The notes: generated from the sequence alone by a model not told the origin. A stretch of 64,000 bases of DNA from the human T2T-CHM13v2.0 reference genome, Homo sapiens (GCF_009914755.1 NC_060926.1), one strand, 5' to 3'; counted from the stretch's first letter, positions 30,501 to 45,132 are shown. Numbers and translations: made by a program.

Positions 30501-33500
30501 TCCCCATCTGTCCCTTGCCAGGTGGTAAATTCTTGTCCATCCTTCAGGGGCCAGCTCAGCTCAAGTCACTTCTTGCCTGATGTCTTTCTCAGTCTGTAAA
30601 GGATGCGACAAGGGCCTTTGCACACAGTATATCTCCACTATTGTTCTTACCACATTGTGCTGTAATAGCTGTTTTTGTATTTTTTCCCTATTAGATTACA
30701 AGCTCCTGCCAAGAAGACTTTAGTAACATTTATTAAATTGTTGGGTTGAATTGTGTATTCAAAGAACTGTTGAAATAATGGAGAGATTTCAAATAATAAA
30801 TACATAAAAGCAAGAAAATGTCAGGGTTGAGGAAATGTTAACTGAAAAAATTACCTTTCCCCCAAAGTAATGGCTAAATATAACTTGCTTTTTGAGAAAG
30901 ATTAAATCACCTTGAAAATAATCATTGACAAGAACATTTGTCCTACATTGTCACATCCAGTTGGAAAACTGCATTTAATAGTTTACATTCAATATAAAAC
31001 TTGGACTCCTTCAAAAGATAAGTTGATTTTCCTCTTTACAACAAGATACAAGTTACTTTAGTACTTCATAATAGAATAGAAAAATGATTCAGGTTCACAA
31101 CATGAAAAATACACTAGGAAAGAAAAAGATTTTACAGATAAGCTCCAGGTCTACAGTAAGCCAGAGCCTCACAAGAAGCTATTACTGTGTAAAGAGTAAT
31201 GTGCTCCCTGTATTGAATGCAGCACAGTTGATGCGTTCCAGTGGCATCATAAACAACAAAACCCAAGTTCAAATCATTCACCTGAACTTGTAATTGAATT
31301 TTTCAAGATGTGATTTAGTGTAGTAGATGGAACAAGGATAAAATGTTTCAAATGCAACAGTGATTGAACAAGTTAGAAAAATTAGTAGGGAGTGAATATT
31401 AATACGGGGTAGTGTTCAGACATCTTGAGATAGGAAAGCTCCTCACTCACCTAATTTAACAGTGAAAGAGAAAATAATACCAGGCTGAGTAAGAGGACTA
31501 GTGAGCAAGGAGAATATAGGACAATATTTTACCTTTGGAATGATAAACTTAGTGAAGTCGCTGAAAGCTGTGGTATGGATGTATCTTTTTTAAGAGTGCT
31601 GGATTAAAACTTAGGAAATATAACTATAAATCTCAGCTCATAGGTAGGACTCAACAGGCCTCCAGTTCCAAATTTGGAGACTCTCTTCTTTTTATTAAAG
31701 TGTATTCAAATGTACTACATTACTCAGAATTTGGCTGGCTAAAAGATTTATAAATTTGATGAGTTGCGAACTTCTTTTACCAAAATATGAGCTCCAAATG
31801 CTGTGAGCCTGGCAATTCTGTTTGTGTGAATGGGCTTTGGATTTCCCAACATTAAAGTTTAGTATTTATTGTTGGGTCTGCAGTGTATGATGAGAAATAC
31901 TGACATGAATTTCACTGTTTTGATAATGCCAGCACCAGGGCAGAAACACTTGGTAGGACTGAGATGGCAACTGATTCTACAATATTGAGTGGCTTTCTAG
32001 TGAACCCTCAAGGCTTTGAATGGAAGTGCACTGATGTTTTTCATTGTTTGCTGGATGTAGCCTTTTTCCTGATATTTGGAGGTAACTCTCAATTCTTACC
32101 TCCTTTCCTTGGAGCTTAGAATTAGAGTCTGTTTCCAAATATAGCCAGCAGATGGTGCAATTTACTTTATTTATACTCCATCTCAAATGAAAAAGCATTA
32201 GACTATTCTATATACATACACACACATAATATGTTTCAATCTCATTCATATGTACAAATTTAAGTGTATGTTTCAAAACTTTTTATCTATTCGGAAACAA
32301 CCTATTTAACATAATTTATCTCCTTTTAGAAAAGCAGTGTTCATTTTTTAGAGTTTTGTTAATGATTCAGACTTATATTTTATTAGCTTTATAGACCTAA
32401 AAGGAAGACATGAGAGGAGACTATTAGTCATGACAGGAAATATATAATTTCTTTTTGATCAGTTTTCTTACACAATTCATAATCACATGTCCTGCAAGAC
32501 AAGAGTAAAGCTGGTTCTGATGTGCCCATGTAATTCAGCAATACTTAGCTATAATTTTGAGAGTCCTGTAATAACAAATGTTAAAGTTCTGATTTGGTAA
32601 GTGTATCCAACAGAGCTTTCAAGTTGAAATTTATTTATGGAATCATTTCAGTTATTAGACTATCCATCCTATCTCTTGTCAATAAAGGATTGTTTTCCAT
32701 AGGAGATAACTAATAACTTTATAGAATTTTAAGATGTAATAGAATGTTATTGTCCCCTGGAGGTCACACTTACCAACCAAAGGGTAATAACTTTTATTAG
32801 AAGGCTGAAATAGTCTATAAATATTTCATTAAATCCTTAAAAATGTGCAGGTGTTAATTCTGCACTCTCTTCTTTTGATTTCTGGCTACCACACTGAGAT
32901 GGATAAAATGTTCCTGGGAACCTGGGGAAAATGCGATTGTGCTGAATTTATCACCTGTAATATTTCCTGGTGGGATTATCTGAATACATGTGGATTTTAG
33001 GAAGAATCTTCTCAGAAAATTTCATTATTATTCTAAATGCTAGGCTCAGCATCTAAGTTCTGCCTTTATCATTCTCTCTCCCAACATGTTCCTACCAATT
33101 CTCAGCTCACTTTAGGCAGCAGGTGAAGAAAGGAGAGAAGACACTACATTTTCTGGCCATCTTAGTCGATTCAAAAGCATTTATGGAGCATCTGTCTGTG
33201 CAGGGCACTGGCGTGGTGCTGAGCTGATTGAGTTAAAAAAGACATAGACCTTGTCCTTGAGGCAAAGCAGCTGCCAATTGCTGACTCCAGGGAGAAGTGT
33301 TTTTATTTCTTCAGTATGGGCAAAGTTGCCATGGAGCAGGTTATGTGCGGGTTTGAACAGGTAGGGGATGCCCACATCATTCCTATCATCCTAGTAAACA
33401 GATAAAAATTTCACTTTATCAGACTGCAAAGAAATGCAGTTTAAATTTCTGAGAAATTAGAATTATAGAATACTCTAAAACAAAATATAGTTTTGACTTT

Positions 33501-34039
33501 CAGGTTAGCATTGTAACTAATGACATATTGCAAAATCGAAGTCCCTTCAGGGTTCAATTTAATGAATACAGAATAGAACTTAAGGTAATAAAACAGATTC
33601 TCACACAAAGGGTTGGTTAGATTTTGCATCTGAATGACACTCTGCTGTTACCACCCAGAGCATCTTTTCTCTTCTTGAACCACAAAAAAGACTTGGCTTT
33701 CTGCTTTTACTTCTCTCGAACATCATTCCTATATAATAAGTCACTTGTACAACACTTGCGCATAAGCAATGAGTATGAGGATATTTTGTGTGTGACCCAT
33801 TTACTTGAAGGAATTGTTCTATTCTAGGCTCTTTGGTTGCAAGGAACAGGAACCCACTCAAATGGTTCAAGAAAAAAGTGATTATTTAAAAAAGAGAGAA
33901 ATTCATGAATAGAAAATACAAGAACAATAGTCAGGTTTTATAATGAATGTCAGAATTCTATTTTCTTTCTCTTTTTATTTTGTAAGTTACTTTTAACAAA
34001 TGGTCCCAGGTGAACTTGAGGAGGTCAGGCGGGGCCAGC

Positions 34040-34507
34040 TGTATTAGTCAGGATTCTCTAGAGGTACAGAACTAATAGGATGGATATATATATATATATA
34101 TATGATATTATATATATTTATGAGTTTATTAAGTAGTATTAATTCACATGATCACAAGGTCCCACAATATAGGCCTTATGCAGGCTGAGGAGCAAGGAAG
34201 CCAGTCTGAATCCCAAAGCTGAAGAACTTGGAGTCCAAGGTTCAAGGGCAGGAAGCATCCACTATGGGAGAAAGATGTAGGCTGGGAGGCTAAGCCAGTC
34301 TAGCCTTTTCACGTTTTTCTGCTTTATATTCTGGCTGTGCTGGCAGCTGATTAGATGGTGTCCACCCAGACTGAGGGTGGGTCTGCCTTTCCCTGCCCAC
34401 TGACTCAAATGTGAATCTCCTTTGGCAACACCCTCACAGACACACCCAGGATCAATACTTCGCATCCTTCAGTCCAAACAAGTTGGCACTCAGTATTAAC
34501 CATCACA
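34040..34507 (-). mobile_element. MLT2A (HERV-L) solo LTR
   Basis: 'tgtattagtcaggattctctagagg...cagtattaaccatcaca' with internal (TA)n. 5-bp TSD CCAGC (34035-34039, 34508-34512). Confidence 0.92.
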
Positions 34508-34689
34508 CCAGCCAAAGCTGGATCATATAAGGTCTTGAGGTTATGGTCAGGGATAATCTTGTGGCCATATGTGAACAACATGAGAAGGAGAAGTAAAGCC
34601 CTCAAATGAACTGAGCTGATTGGATTTTCTCTTAAAAAATTGACCTGAGACATTGGTTATTTGTGACTGGCTCTTAAAATACTGGTAAT

Positions 34690-34916
34690 AACATTTAATA
34701 TTTGTCAAGAGCTTACTGTGTGTCAGCTCTTGTCCTAGGCTTTTTTCATGTTTTAATGCATTAATCGTCACAACTGTATGATATGGATCAGTGTGATTCC
34801 ATTTTACAAATAAAGAATGGAGGCATGACTAAAAAGTAAAATAGCTTATACAAGTTGACAAAAGATGTAGTAGAGCTGGTACTGGAACCCAGTCAGTCTG
34901 ACTCCAGAGCCTGTGC
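34690..34916 (-). mobile_element. MIR
   Basis: 'ccattttacaaataaagaatggaggc...gaacccagtcagtctgactccagagcc'. Confidence 0.75.
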
Positions 34917-35576
34917 CTAGCCACTATATGACACTGTCTTCAAAGTGTTAGAGTGGGGAGCTGGTTCTATAGCAAACCAAAGCCACACGCAACTCAAAGT
35001 TATGGAGTAGGAGAGGCAGAATGATGAGTTAGCAGAAGAAGCAAGTATATGGGGAAGAACACCGAGCAGTTGCTCGCAGCAGCACCACCACTGCCTAGAT
35101 TGAACAAAGCCTAGTACATGGCAGGTGCTCACTAAATATGGGTGGAATAGTGAATGAAAATTTTCAGCAGGGGCTGTGGGTGTGACATATCCTCTAAGAA
35201 GCTCAGGTGTGCCAGTCAGGCAGGAGCCTCCAAATAACTTATTTTGATCTGTTTCCTTTACAAATTAACTAAATTATACATACACTGCATGAGTACATTC
35301 TCCTTTTTAAAAACATAAAGCTCTGATCTAGAGAGAATAGAGTTCCTTTGGGCCACTTCCCCATCTTTGTTTCCTCCTTTCCACTCCCCAAAGATCCTTC
35401 CAGGCTTTGTTAATATATTTAGATATGTATATATAGAAAATGTTGGAACTCTAAATTGTTGTTTTGCTTATTTAATAAATATTTGCATCAGTATTATAGT
35501 GTTCATTTTTTCCCTCATTTAATGTATCATAGAGATCCAGCTATATTGTTATGATAGACATTCAGATGGTTTCTAA

Positions 35577-35908
<332 letters not shown>

Positions 35909-37455
35909 GTACAGTCTCATGATTATCTTCCAAAGAGTTTTTAATTTTTTATTACTTCTGAAACTCGTAAGTTATAAAAGAATCAAAGCATTATCTGAGA
36001 TGTCAGCTAGTCCAATGACTGTAAACCAGGGTGGTGGAGTGGTAGTGGGTTTATCTAAATCACTTCTGAAGCACTTTTCCAATAACAGCCTCCCTATCTT
36101 CTGGAAGAATTCTGGTATGGCAACCATGTTACAGTGGCAGTGGGAGTGAGGGGGGACGGGAGGTGAGTGAGCACCTGGGTTGTTTGCTAAACTACTTTAG
36201 CAATTATTGTGATAGGTACCTACCCCCCAGAATGCCCCCAAAACATATAACTAGTTGAAGACAAAACCAGAGTTTGATGCAAAAACTCCTGCCAGTTTTA
36301 GTCTAGTCTTTTCCTAATTATTTTGCTTTGCCCTGACAATTCATCTTCATCTCCATAATCCTTATTAGTTCCAGATAGAAACTTCCTTTAATTTACTTAA
36401 ACTCTGTTCTGGGAGCTCCCCTGCTCTCATCTTCTACACTTAAAAACAAATGAACAAATTAATGAACAGACAGCAACACAAACAAGCTAAAACAAACGGG
36501 CAGAGACGATCAACTATACACTGAAAACTCATTTTCTCATTTCCTGGCCTGGGGTTATTGCTGGGGGTCAGCTTCCCAGCCAGGTGCTGCTTTTCTTAGG
36601 CCCTTTTGCATCCAGGGGCATCCATGCACTCATCAGTTATCAACCACCAATCAAGCAGCTGTCTTCTTTCCCGTGTCTAATCAGACAAGGGTCATCTGTC
36701 ACAGAACTATCCAATCAGCATTAAGGTGCCGAGTACAAAAGGCTGCTCAAAGAGAGAGTTTTTCTGACCAACAACATTCTACTTTATTGAGGATTTGGAT
36801 GTGAGAGAGATATATATATGGAAAGCTGACATTTGGCTGTGGGAGCAGAAGTAAAAAGAGACACGGCGAGACGGACCTGAGGTAGGAGACAAAGTTACGA
36901 ATAAGCAGATGCTATACATGTAGAGGAAGTTGGTCAGTTGGGAGAGTAGCAGAAGCAGGGGCAAAGAGGACTGAGTCATCATGGCATATGTTCTCCCGCC
37001 TCTTGCTGCTGAGGGGGCAGCAAGATAATTCAGGCCTGGAAATGTATCAGAGCATTTCATTTTACCGCTGCATTTCCCCCTCTGTGAGGCTCAGTTGAAC
37101 GCTGAGCAGGGTTTCCGTGCGATTCCGATTTCCTCTGCTTCCATGTGTTTCCTGAGAACAAATCCATCTTTCTTGAGGTAGCCCGAGTGATTTTCTGCCT
37201 ACCAAACTTGCAGTCAGAAGAGCCTGACGCATCTGTCCTTCTTAGTTTTCATTAATTAGGATATTTAGTCTGCATATAATTGAACATGAAAATATGAATT
37301 TATAAAAAACAGGTATTGCCTTAATGACTGATTTGGGGAATATTTTATGATTTAAAATGATGTATGTTTATTCTTTATTTCTTTCAACAAACATTTATTA
37401 AGTATGTACTACTTGCCAAATTGTTTCTTGTTAACAAAACAAAAAAGGCAGTAGG

Positions 37456-37803
<348 letters not shown>

Positions 37804-40723
37804 TCAATGATTCTTCTCATATGCTTAGTTATTATGCCCACATTTGATTTGGGGGATCCGCAAAATGTCTATATTTGCCTCATGTTGGGTCCTCCAGAAG
37901 CTGCACTTACAAATGGCTTTTCTGGATTCTCCTGCTACATATTAACCACGTCCTTCAGCACTTTCAGTGAATAATCCCTTTTATTCCTTTAGCCAGAGCC
38001 ATAGTGATCTGTGACTCTAGCTATTCATCTTGGTCAGAAGGAAAAAAATGGACGGTTCTTGAGGAGAGCTGATATTGTCTTATGTAGCATCTGCCTAAGT
38101 TGAGGTCTCTGCGTAGTCTACGCAATGCAGTAAGGTCTACCGTCGTCTAACAAGAGGGAGGGGGCTGCCTCTGCAAGCCCAGAGTGTTCTGGAGAGTCTG
38201 AGAGTTCAATGTTCTTGAGTGTATCCACCTGGATATCTCTACCCCTAGCCTTGGGGTCCCACTCCTTCCCTGATAATGTAGGAGACTTGTTGGGGCTCTG
38301 AATTCAGGATTATCTCAACTCTTACTTCTCTAACAATTAGGATGAAGGTCTTGTCTCTAGCATGGTCTGTTTTTTGGTCGTAAGAGAGGAAGGTGTCTGT
38401 AAACACTGCCCTGGGAGCCTTCTAACTTTCACATTTTGCCTTACGTGGCTAATTGGCTGAATGGAGCTTGTTATTTTCTCTCTTCGGTGCATCAGTAACA
38501 CTTAGCAACAACCAAACAGATCCCCCAGCCCTTATAATTACTATTTCTATCATACTTCACAATGCCAAAGATATCACAGAAGCCATTGCATCCCTTCAAC
38601 CTGTCATCCATTCCAAGTCACCACAGGTGAAATTCTTGGTAATTGCTGTGCTGCAGCGTGCCAGAGGCCTTCAATACTCATTTCACACTAGAGAGGGTGT
38701 CCTAGTTGCCATCTGGCTGGAAAGTGATCCAACTTCACAATTGCATCTCAGGCACTGCTAGCTCCTCTTTCTATGACCAACTGTTTATTTTGGTGGTCTA
38801 TGGAGTGTATAGGTGGTGAGAAATTAGAGCCAGCTTGGTCTTGAAAAGAAGATGAGAAGTTGGGTGGTAGATAGAATGGAGATAAAGAGTAGGGCTTGAA
38901 ATTAGAACTAATTAGGATTACAGCAGAGAGGAGATAGCCAGCAGAGAAAAGAGGGGGAGAATGCAAGGGCCTGAGTTGGTGAGATGACACGGAATACAAA
39001 ATTGATTGGACTGCTGCTGCTTCTGAGATTAGAGGCACAAAAACAAAAAAATACAACTAAGTTTGTCATAATAATATAAATAATAATAGCTAATATTTAC
39101 TGACTGCTTACTCTGTGCGAGGCACAGTTCCAAATGCATAGGCAGAAATTAGTTTTCATTTAGTAACATCAGAAAATGATTTTTTAAAGTTTTCTACAAG
39201 GTCTTTGACATAATTCAGTACATTAAAATGGCAGAAAATAAGTCAAGTGTTTAAAACATCATTTTGTTGCTATTAAGCCCCGTTTCCTTCTGCACTTTTC
39301 TTAAAAAGAGTTACGATTTTTATATTTCATTTTCTTATAACCAACAATTAGAAAAAGCCACTCTTACAAAGTTCCTATTGTTTCAGTTCTTTCTCTCCAC
39401 CATTAGCCCTTTACTTTTAATATAATGGGCGAGCCTAAAAATAAAAATTGTCTTGTGTATGGCACATAATGGAATGTGAATGAAGAGCTGAAAAAGAAAA
39501 AAACATTTCTTTTTCACAAGGCATCTCGATTTGATGGCCCAGCAGGCAGCAGTTTATTGCAGCAGTTGCTGCAGAGATCTTAAAAAAGGTGAGGTTTGCC
39601 CTGAGCAAAAAGGGCAAAGTCAACAAGAAGCTATATAGTGTCTCAACACCACAAATAAACGTGGAAGGGTGCGAGGGATAATGTAATGGGACATGTGTCG
39701 TTTGAGAGGTCTTTGGAGTATTCTGTTGTGATGGAGACCAAGCAGTATCTTGTCATTTCCTACATCTGTGTAGCTCCTTTTAACTAAAGCCTATGAGAAG
39801 CTCTGAAGAATATATTAATGGAGAGTAATAATCTCATGATTGTTGCAATTGAATTCCTACAAGCATGAAACTTCCTTCACAAATTAAAGCAGAGATGGTG
39901 AGTTAACTGCAGGGCTTTTCTCTCAATTTCACCCAACAATATTATTTAAATGTTATTGATTTTAAGATGATAGAGGCTTATAAGCTTTCACAATATAAGC
40001 TGTTTTTGTTTGTAAACAGCAGTGGTGGCCATTTTTGGCCCAATGAAAAAAGATAAGCCTAGGCAGTAGCACTTGACTTTAGGATCATTGGATTTATTTC
40101 AAGTTACTTTAAATTACTATTTAATAAAATAGAACCAGTGGGTTACTCATTTCCTCATTAATAACACTGATAATTTTCAAAATTAGTTCATATTTTGTAC
40201 TAAAAACTTACCATAACTTAATATAAAGCCAGCGATTTTGAACCATGTCTGAGGAGGTTCTCTTCCTGAATACTTCCTTATAAAGTTGTTTCACCTGCAG
40301 CATTGACGCTACGGATCACAGTAGAGTAAGTTTTCAGTTTATTTCTTTAATCAATAGATGAGATAACTGCTGTAAACAGTTGTGTTAGGGAAATAATTTA
40401 ACATGATTTGAGTTTGTGTTCTCAAATCTATTGATTAACAGAACTAGGGCATGGGCCTTATGCTAAAGAAAACTTGCAAATCTCCTGCTGGACATTTTTC
40501 TTTAAAATGTTAGGCGCACCCACTAAAGGACTAAAGACCATAAAAAAATAGCTAACAAAAAGGTTTATTTCAAAGTATATTGTTCACTTTTAGCCATTCA
40601 TTTAGAGTCTATATTTACTATAAGCATTTAAAATTATCATTATGCTATTTTCTTTTAATTTAATGGTTTGACGTTAGTGTATGTAAGGTAGCTTTTAATG
40701 AGATAAATGACTGGGGGCTGTGA

Positions 40724-41086
<363 letters not shown>

Positions 41087-42290
41087 TTACAATGGCAAAA
41101 ATCTACTTAAAATAGTTTGGGTGATCCCGGGAATATGGCAGCAGTGAAGGCGTTGTTGTGTCTCCAAATGCCTACATAAAAGTAGACAGCTAGATAGCAA
41201 CACTAAAAACCTATTGACAATATTTACCACAAAACCGGGAGACAGGCTATCCCCACAAACCAAAGACAGTATATGAAGACAAACCACTTGACCCAAGACC
41301 TGTACAGTGAGACAGAGCAGAGGAATCAGTGGAGAAGAGGAGAACCAAATAGTCACAGAAGTTCACCATAAAGTGAGCAGACCAATTTGAGAACAGCAAT
41401 GAATACTGAGAGGGTTTTGTTCAATCTGGTATTGGGTGAGTGCAAGGGAATGACAGTGTGTGCTGAAGGATCTGGAATCGTTTAGCTTCTAGATTCACCA
41501 CTGAAACAGACTTGCAAGGATTCTTTTCCAGGACAGTGCCCCACTCTAAGATGAAACAGCTTGGAATAGAGTCAGAGCAAGTCAAGCAAAATAGAGATAA
41601 CTGAGACTAGAAAAGAGAAGTTTGAGAAAAGATTGAGTTAAAACAACAACAATAAAAACTCTGTAGCTTTGAATTTGAATTCGAAGTGTCAGCATGAACT
41701 CATGAATATGGAGAGAAAGACTGAGATGAATTCTAGAAACAATGACCAGCTCAGTAGTAATGTGTATTCCTAATGTCAAATATGTCGTCTTGAAACCAGG
41801 GTTTCTTTGGAGAAATTGTCTGCTTACAACATGAGACTGAACCACAATAGCTGCTTGTATCACAATTGAAAGAGGCCACTAGACATTATATTTCACTAAA
41901 GATCCATACCACCTGTGGTCTTGCTAAAGGCATTGAACCTGAGTCTGATCAAGCCTTTCACTCTAGCTGCCAATTTGCTGGAAATTGGAAACAGAAGACA
42001 GAAGACAGAGTACAGAGGAACATGCTGAACTGTGTCATGAATATGTAATTGGCAAACTTCACTGGGAAAGCAGACAGGTCGAATACAGATCAAATGTAAA
42101 GAAAGAGGGTGGGGAGAACACATAGATGAAAGGGATTTAAATGATAATAAAATTTAATGGACAACAATAAACTATAGTGGCTTGGGATGCACATTTGGGT
42201 GGCAAAACTATAAAGAAATGAGGAAATTATTGCTATAAAAGTCAAGATAGTGATTACTTTTTTGAGATAGAGGAAGGGCACATAGAGGGG

Positions 42291-42649
42291 TGATGCAGTT
42301 TTGCTGTGTCCCCACCCAAATCTCATCTTGAATTGTAGCTCCCATAATTCCCACATGTGGGAAGGACCCAGTGGGTGATAATTGAATCATGGGGGTAGTT
42401 TCCCCCATACTGTTCTCCTGGTAGTGAATAAGTCTCTTGAGATCTGATGGTTTTATAAGAGTTTTCTGCTTTCACTTGGCTCTCATTGTCTCTCGTCTGC
42501 TACCATGTAAGACAAACTTTTCTCCTTCCACCATGATTGTGAGGCCTCTCCAGCCATGTGGAACAGTGAGTCCATTAAACCTATTTTTCTTTATAAATTG
42601 GCCAGTCTCGGGTGTGTTTTTATTAGCAGAGTGAAAACAGACTAATACA
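42291..42649 (+). mobile_element. THE1 (MaLR) solo LTR inserted in an old L1M
   Basis: 'tgatgcagttttgctgtgtccccacccaaatctcatcttgaattg...cagactaataca'. TSD AGGGG (42286-42290, 42650-42654). TATA-like TTTTATAAG at about 42451, ATTAAA at about 42574. Confidence 0.93.
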
Positions 42650-43640
42650 AGGGGCTTCTGAGACAATTGGCAAATTTTTATTTCTTGACTTCGCTGGTGA
42701 TTTCAAGAGTGGTATTTTGTGTGACTCTCTGTATCTGTTGTATTTTAAAATAAAAGGTTAAGAGTTAAGCAAAAAAGGGATTTTTTTATGTACTATATAT
42801 CCAAATATTCCAGGAGTAGGTCATAGAATTGTCTGAATTCCGGGGTTCAAATGATCACACTAGGATGAAGTCTTTTTCTCATAATTGTTTGACTCTCTCC
42901 ATTGACCTTCCCCACATTATCTTCACTTTTAGTCATTCTCTATCTGTTGGGATGGTGGGCCCTGACAGATCCAAGCTTGTGTGATCTTTAAAGCTGGTGG
43001 CCCCAAAGAAGCCATGGCTATAAACAACCGCTTTGAACCTTCTGGACAAGAATGGACAAGTACAAGAAGGAGAATGAAAGTGAGGAAAATTAAAGGTACT
43101 GATAGAAGTGATGAAAGCTCATGTCTTATAAATATAACACAATTGACTCAAAGGTGTAAAAAGATTAGAAATGAAGAATAGAAACTAACCACAACTTGGT
43201 GCCCACAGGACTTAATCAGTTGTCTGTAGGTTCAGTTGTAAAGGGAACAAGCAAAATTCACAGATTTTGTGTAACATGAGATATGATTAATACTATACCT
43301 AACCATTTGTGACAAGAAAATTTATTTTTTGACTTTTGTGTATACTTTATGGGAATTGTGTATAAAAGTAAGAAAATGTCTATTTAATCAAAAATTATTT
43401 GGGAAAATTAATGAGTGATAGGTGTATAAGGAAGGGTCTCCTAAATAGGACATTCTTACCTTTTAAATCTGAGATTAGCTAGATCAACCGTGCCTCCTCT
43501 TAACCCTTGGAGCTTCTAGTTGCAGCAAAATACTAAGTTTGGTAAATTCAGCATTGTTCTATGAACTCTGTAATAAAAAATTTGTTCCTGACAGTATATA
43601 CTTAACAATCAGGATTCTAGTAAATTCAGATGTTGGTCTT

Positions 43641-43920
43641 CGGAGTTCTCCGGGGCCAGCAGCTGCCTGACCAGGGGCCCGGGGCCACGGGCTCAGCCGA
43701 CGACCATAGGCTCCGTGTCCACCCAGCAGTTTGCAAGTGGCTGCGCCAAGGCGGCAGAAGAGGCACCCGAGGAGGCGCCGGAGGATGCGGCCCGGGCGGC
43801 GGACGAGGCTCAGCTGCTGCACGGTGAGGGCATCTGTAAGTGGTTCAACTTGCGCATGGGATTCGGCTTACTGTCCGTGACTGCCCGCGCCGTGGTCGCG
43901 CTCGACCCGCCAGTGGACGT
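43641..43920. promoter_or_regulatory. CpG-island-like segment imported with the retrocopy
   Basis: About 29 CpGs counted by eye in 280 bp, in an otherwise CpG-depleted window. Confidence 0.6.
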
Positions 43921-44330
43921 CTTTGTGCACCAGAGTAAGCTGCCCATGGAAGGCTTCCGGAGCTTGAAGGAGGGTGAGGCAGTGGAGTTCACCTTTAAGA
44001 AGTCAGCCAAGGGTCTGGAATCCATCCGTGTCACCGGACCTGGTGGGGCGTTCCGTATTGGGAGTGAGAGGTAGCCAAAGGGGAAGAACATGCAAGAAGC
44101 GCAGATCAAAAGACAGGTGCTACAACTGTGGAGGTCTAGACCATCATGCCAAGGAATGCAAGATGCCACCCCAGGCCAAGAAGTGCCACTTCTGCCAGAG
44201 CATCAGTCATATGGTAGCTTCATGTCCACTGAAGGCCCAGCAGGGCCCTAGTGCACAGGGAAAGCCAACCTACTTTCGGGAGGAAGAAGAAATCCACAGC
44301 CCTGCCCTGCTCCCGGAGGCGCAGAATTGA
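43706..44330 (+). pseudogene. LIN28A: Disabled LIN28A CDS
   Basis: Start ATG>ATA (43706-43708). In-frame TAG at codon 123 (44072-44074). +1 A frameshift near 44094. In-frame codon losses (KGD>KD, EEEEE>EEEE). Native stop TGA at 44328-44330. Parent sequence recalled from memory. Confidence 0.95.
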
Positions 44331-45132
44331 GCCACAATGGGTGGAGGCTATTCTTTTGCTATCAGGAAGTTTTGAGGAGCAGGCAGAGTGGAGAAAGTGG
44401 GAATAGGGTACATTGGGGCTAGTTGGCACTGCCATGTTTCTCAGGCTGGGGTTCACACCATCACCCTTTCTTCTCTCTGTTGGGGGAAAGGGTGAGTCAA
44501 AGGAACTCCAACCGTGCTCTGTCCAAATACAAGTGAGGGTTCTGGGGGCAACCAGGAGGTGGGAATCACCCTACAATCTGCATGCTTTATCTGAGGCTCC
44601 ATCCCCAGAATTTCCAGCTTTTGAAAGTGGCCTGGATAGGGAAGTTGTTTTCCTTTAAAGAAGGATATGTAATAATTCCCATGCCAGAGTGAAATGATTA
44701 AGTATAAGACCAGATTCATGGAGCCAAGCCACTGCATCCTGTGGAAGGAAATCTATCAGGAGTAAGGCAGTGTTTTTTTCACATCTTGTATCCATATACC
44801 CACTTTTGGGATAGGGTGCTGGCAACTGTCCCAAGCAATGGGTACTGATGATGGCAAAAAGGATGTTTGGGGGAACAGCTGCAGACCTGCTGCTCCTATG
44901 CTTACCCCTGCCCCATTCTAGGCCAATGTGATTTTATTTATTTGCTCCCTTTGATACTGCACCTTGAGTCCCACTTTCTCCAGGATGCCAACTGAACTAG
45001 CTGTGTGCAAATGATGTATCTTGTGCAGTTTAACTTTTTTTTCCTTAATATAAATATTCTGGTTTTGTATTTTTGTATATTTTAGTCTGAGGCCATCATT
45101 TCCTGCACTGTATTCTCAGGTGCATGAGCAAT

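Noticed and set aside
34040-34507. MLT2A LTR as an embryonic promoter for the LIN28A retrocopy
   Set aside because: It points away from the retrocopy, lies 9 kb off, and its DUX4-like motifs look degenerate.
43559-44169. Antisense and alternative-frame ORFs over the retrocopy
   Set aside because: They are by-products of GC-rich former coding sequence.
43715-44330. Functional LIN28 retrogene
   Set aside because: The start codon is lost, and there is an in-frame stop, a frameshift and F55L in the RNA-binding surface.
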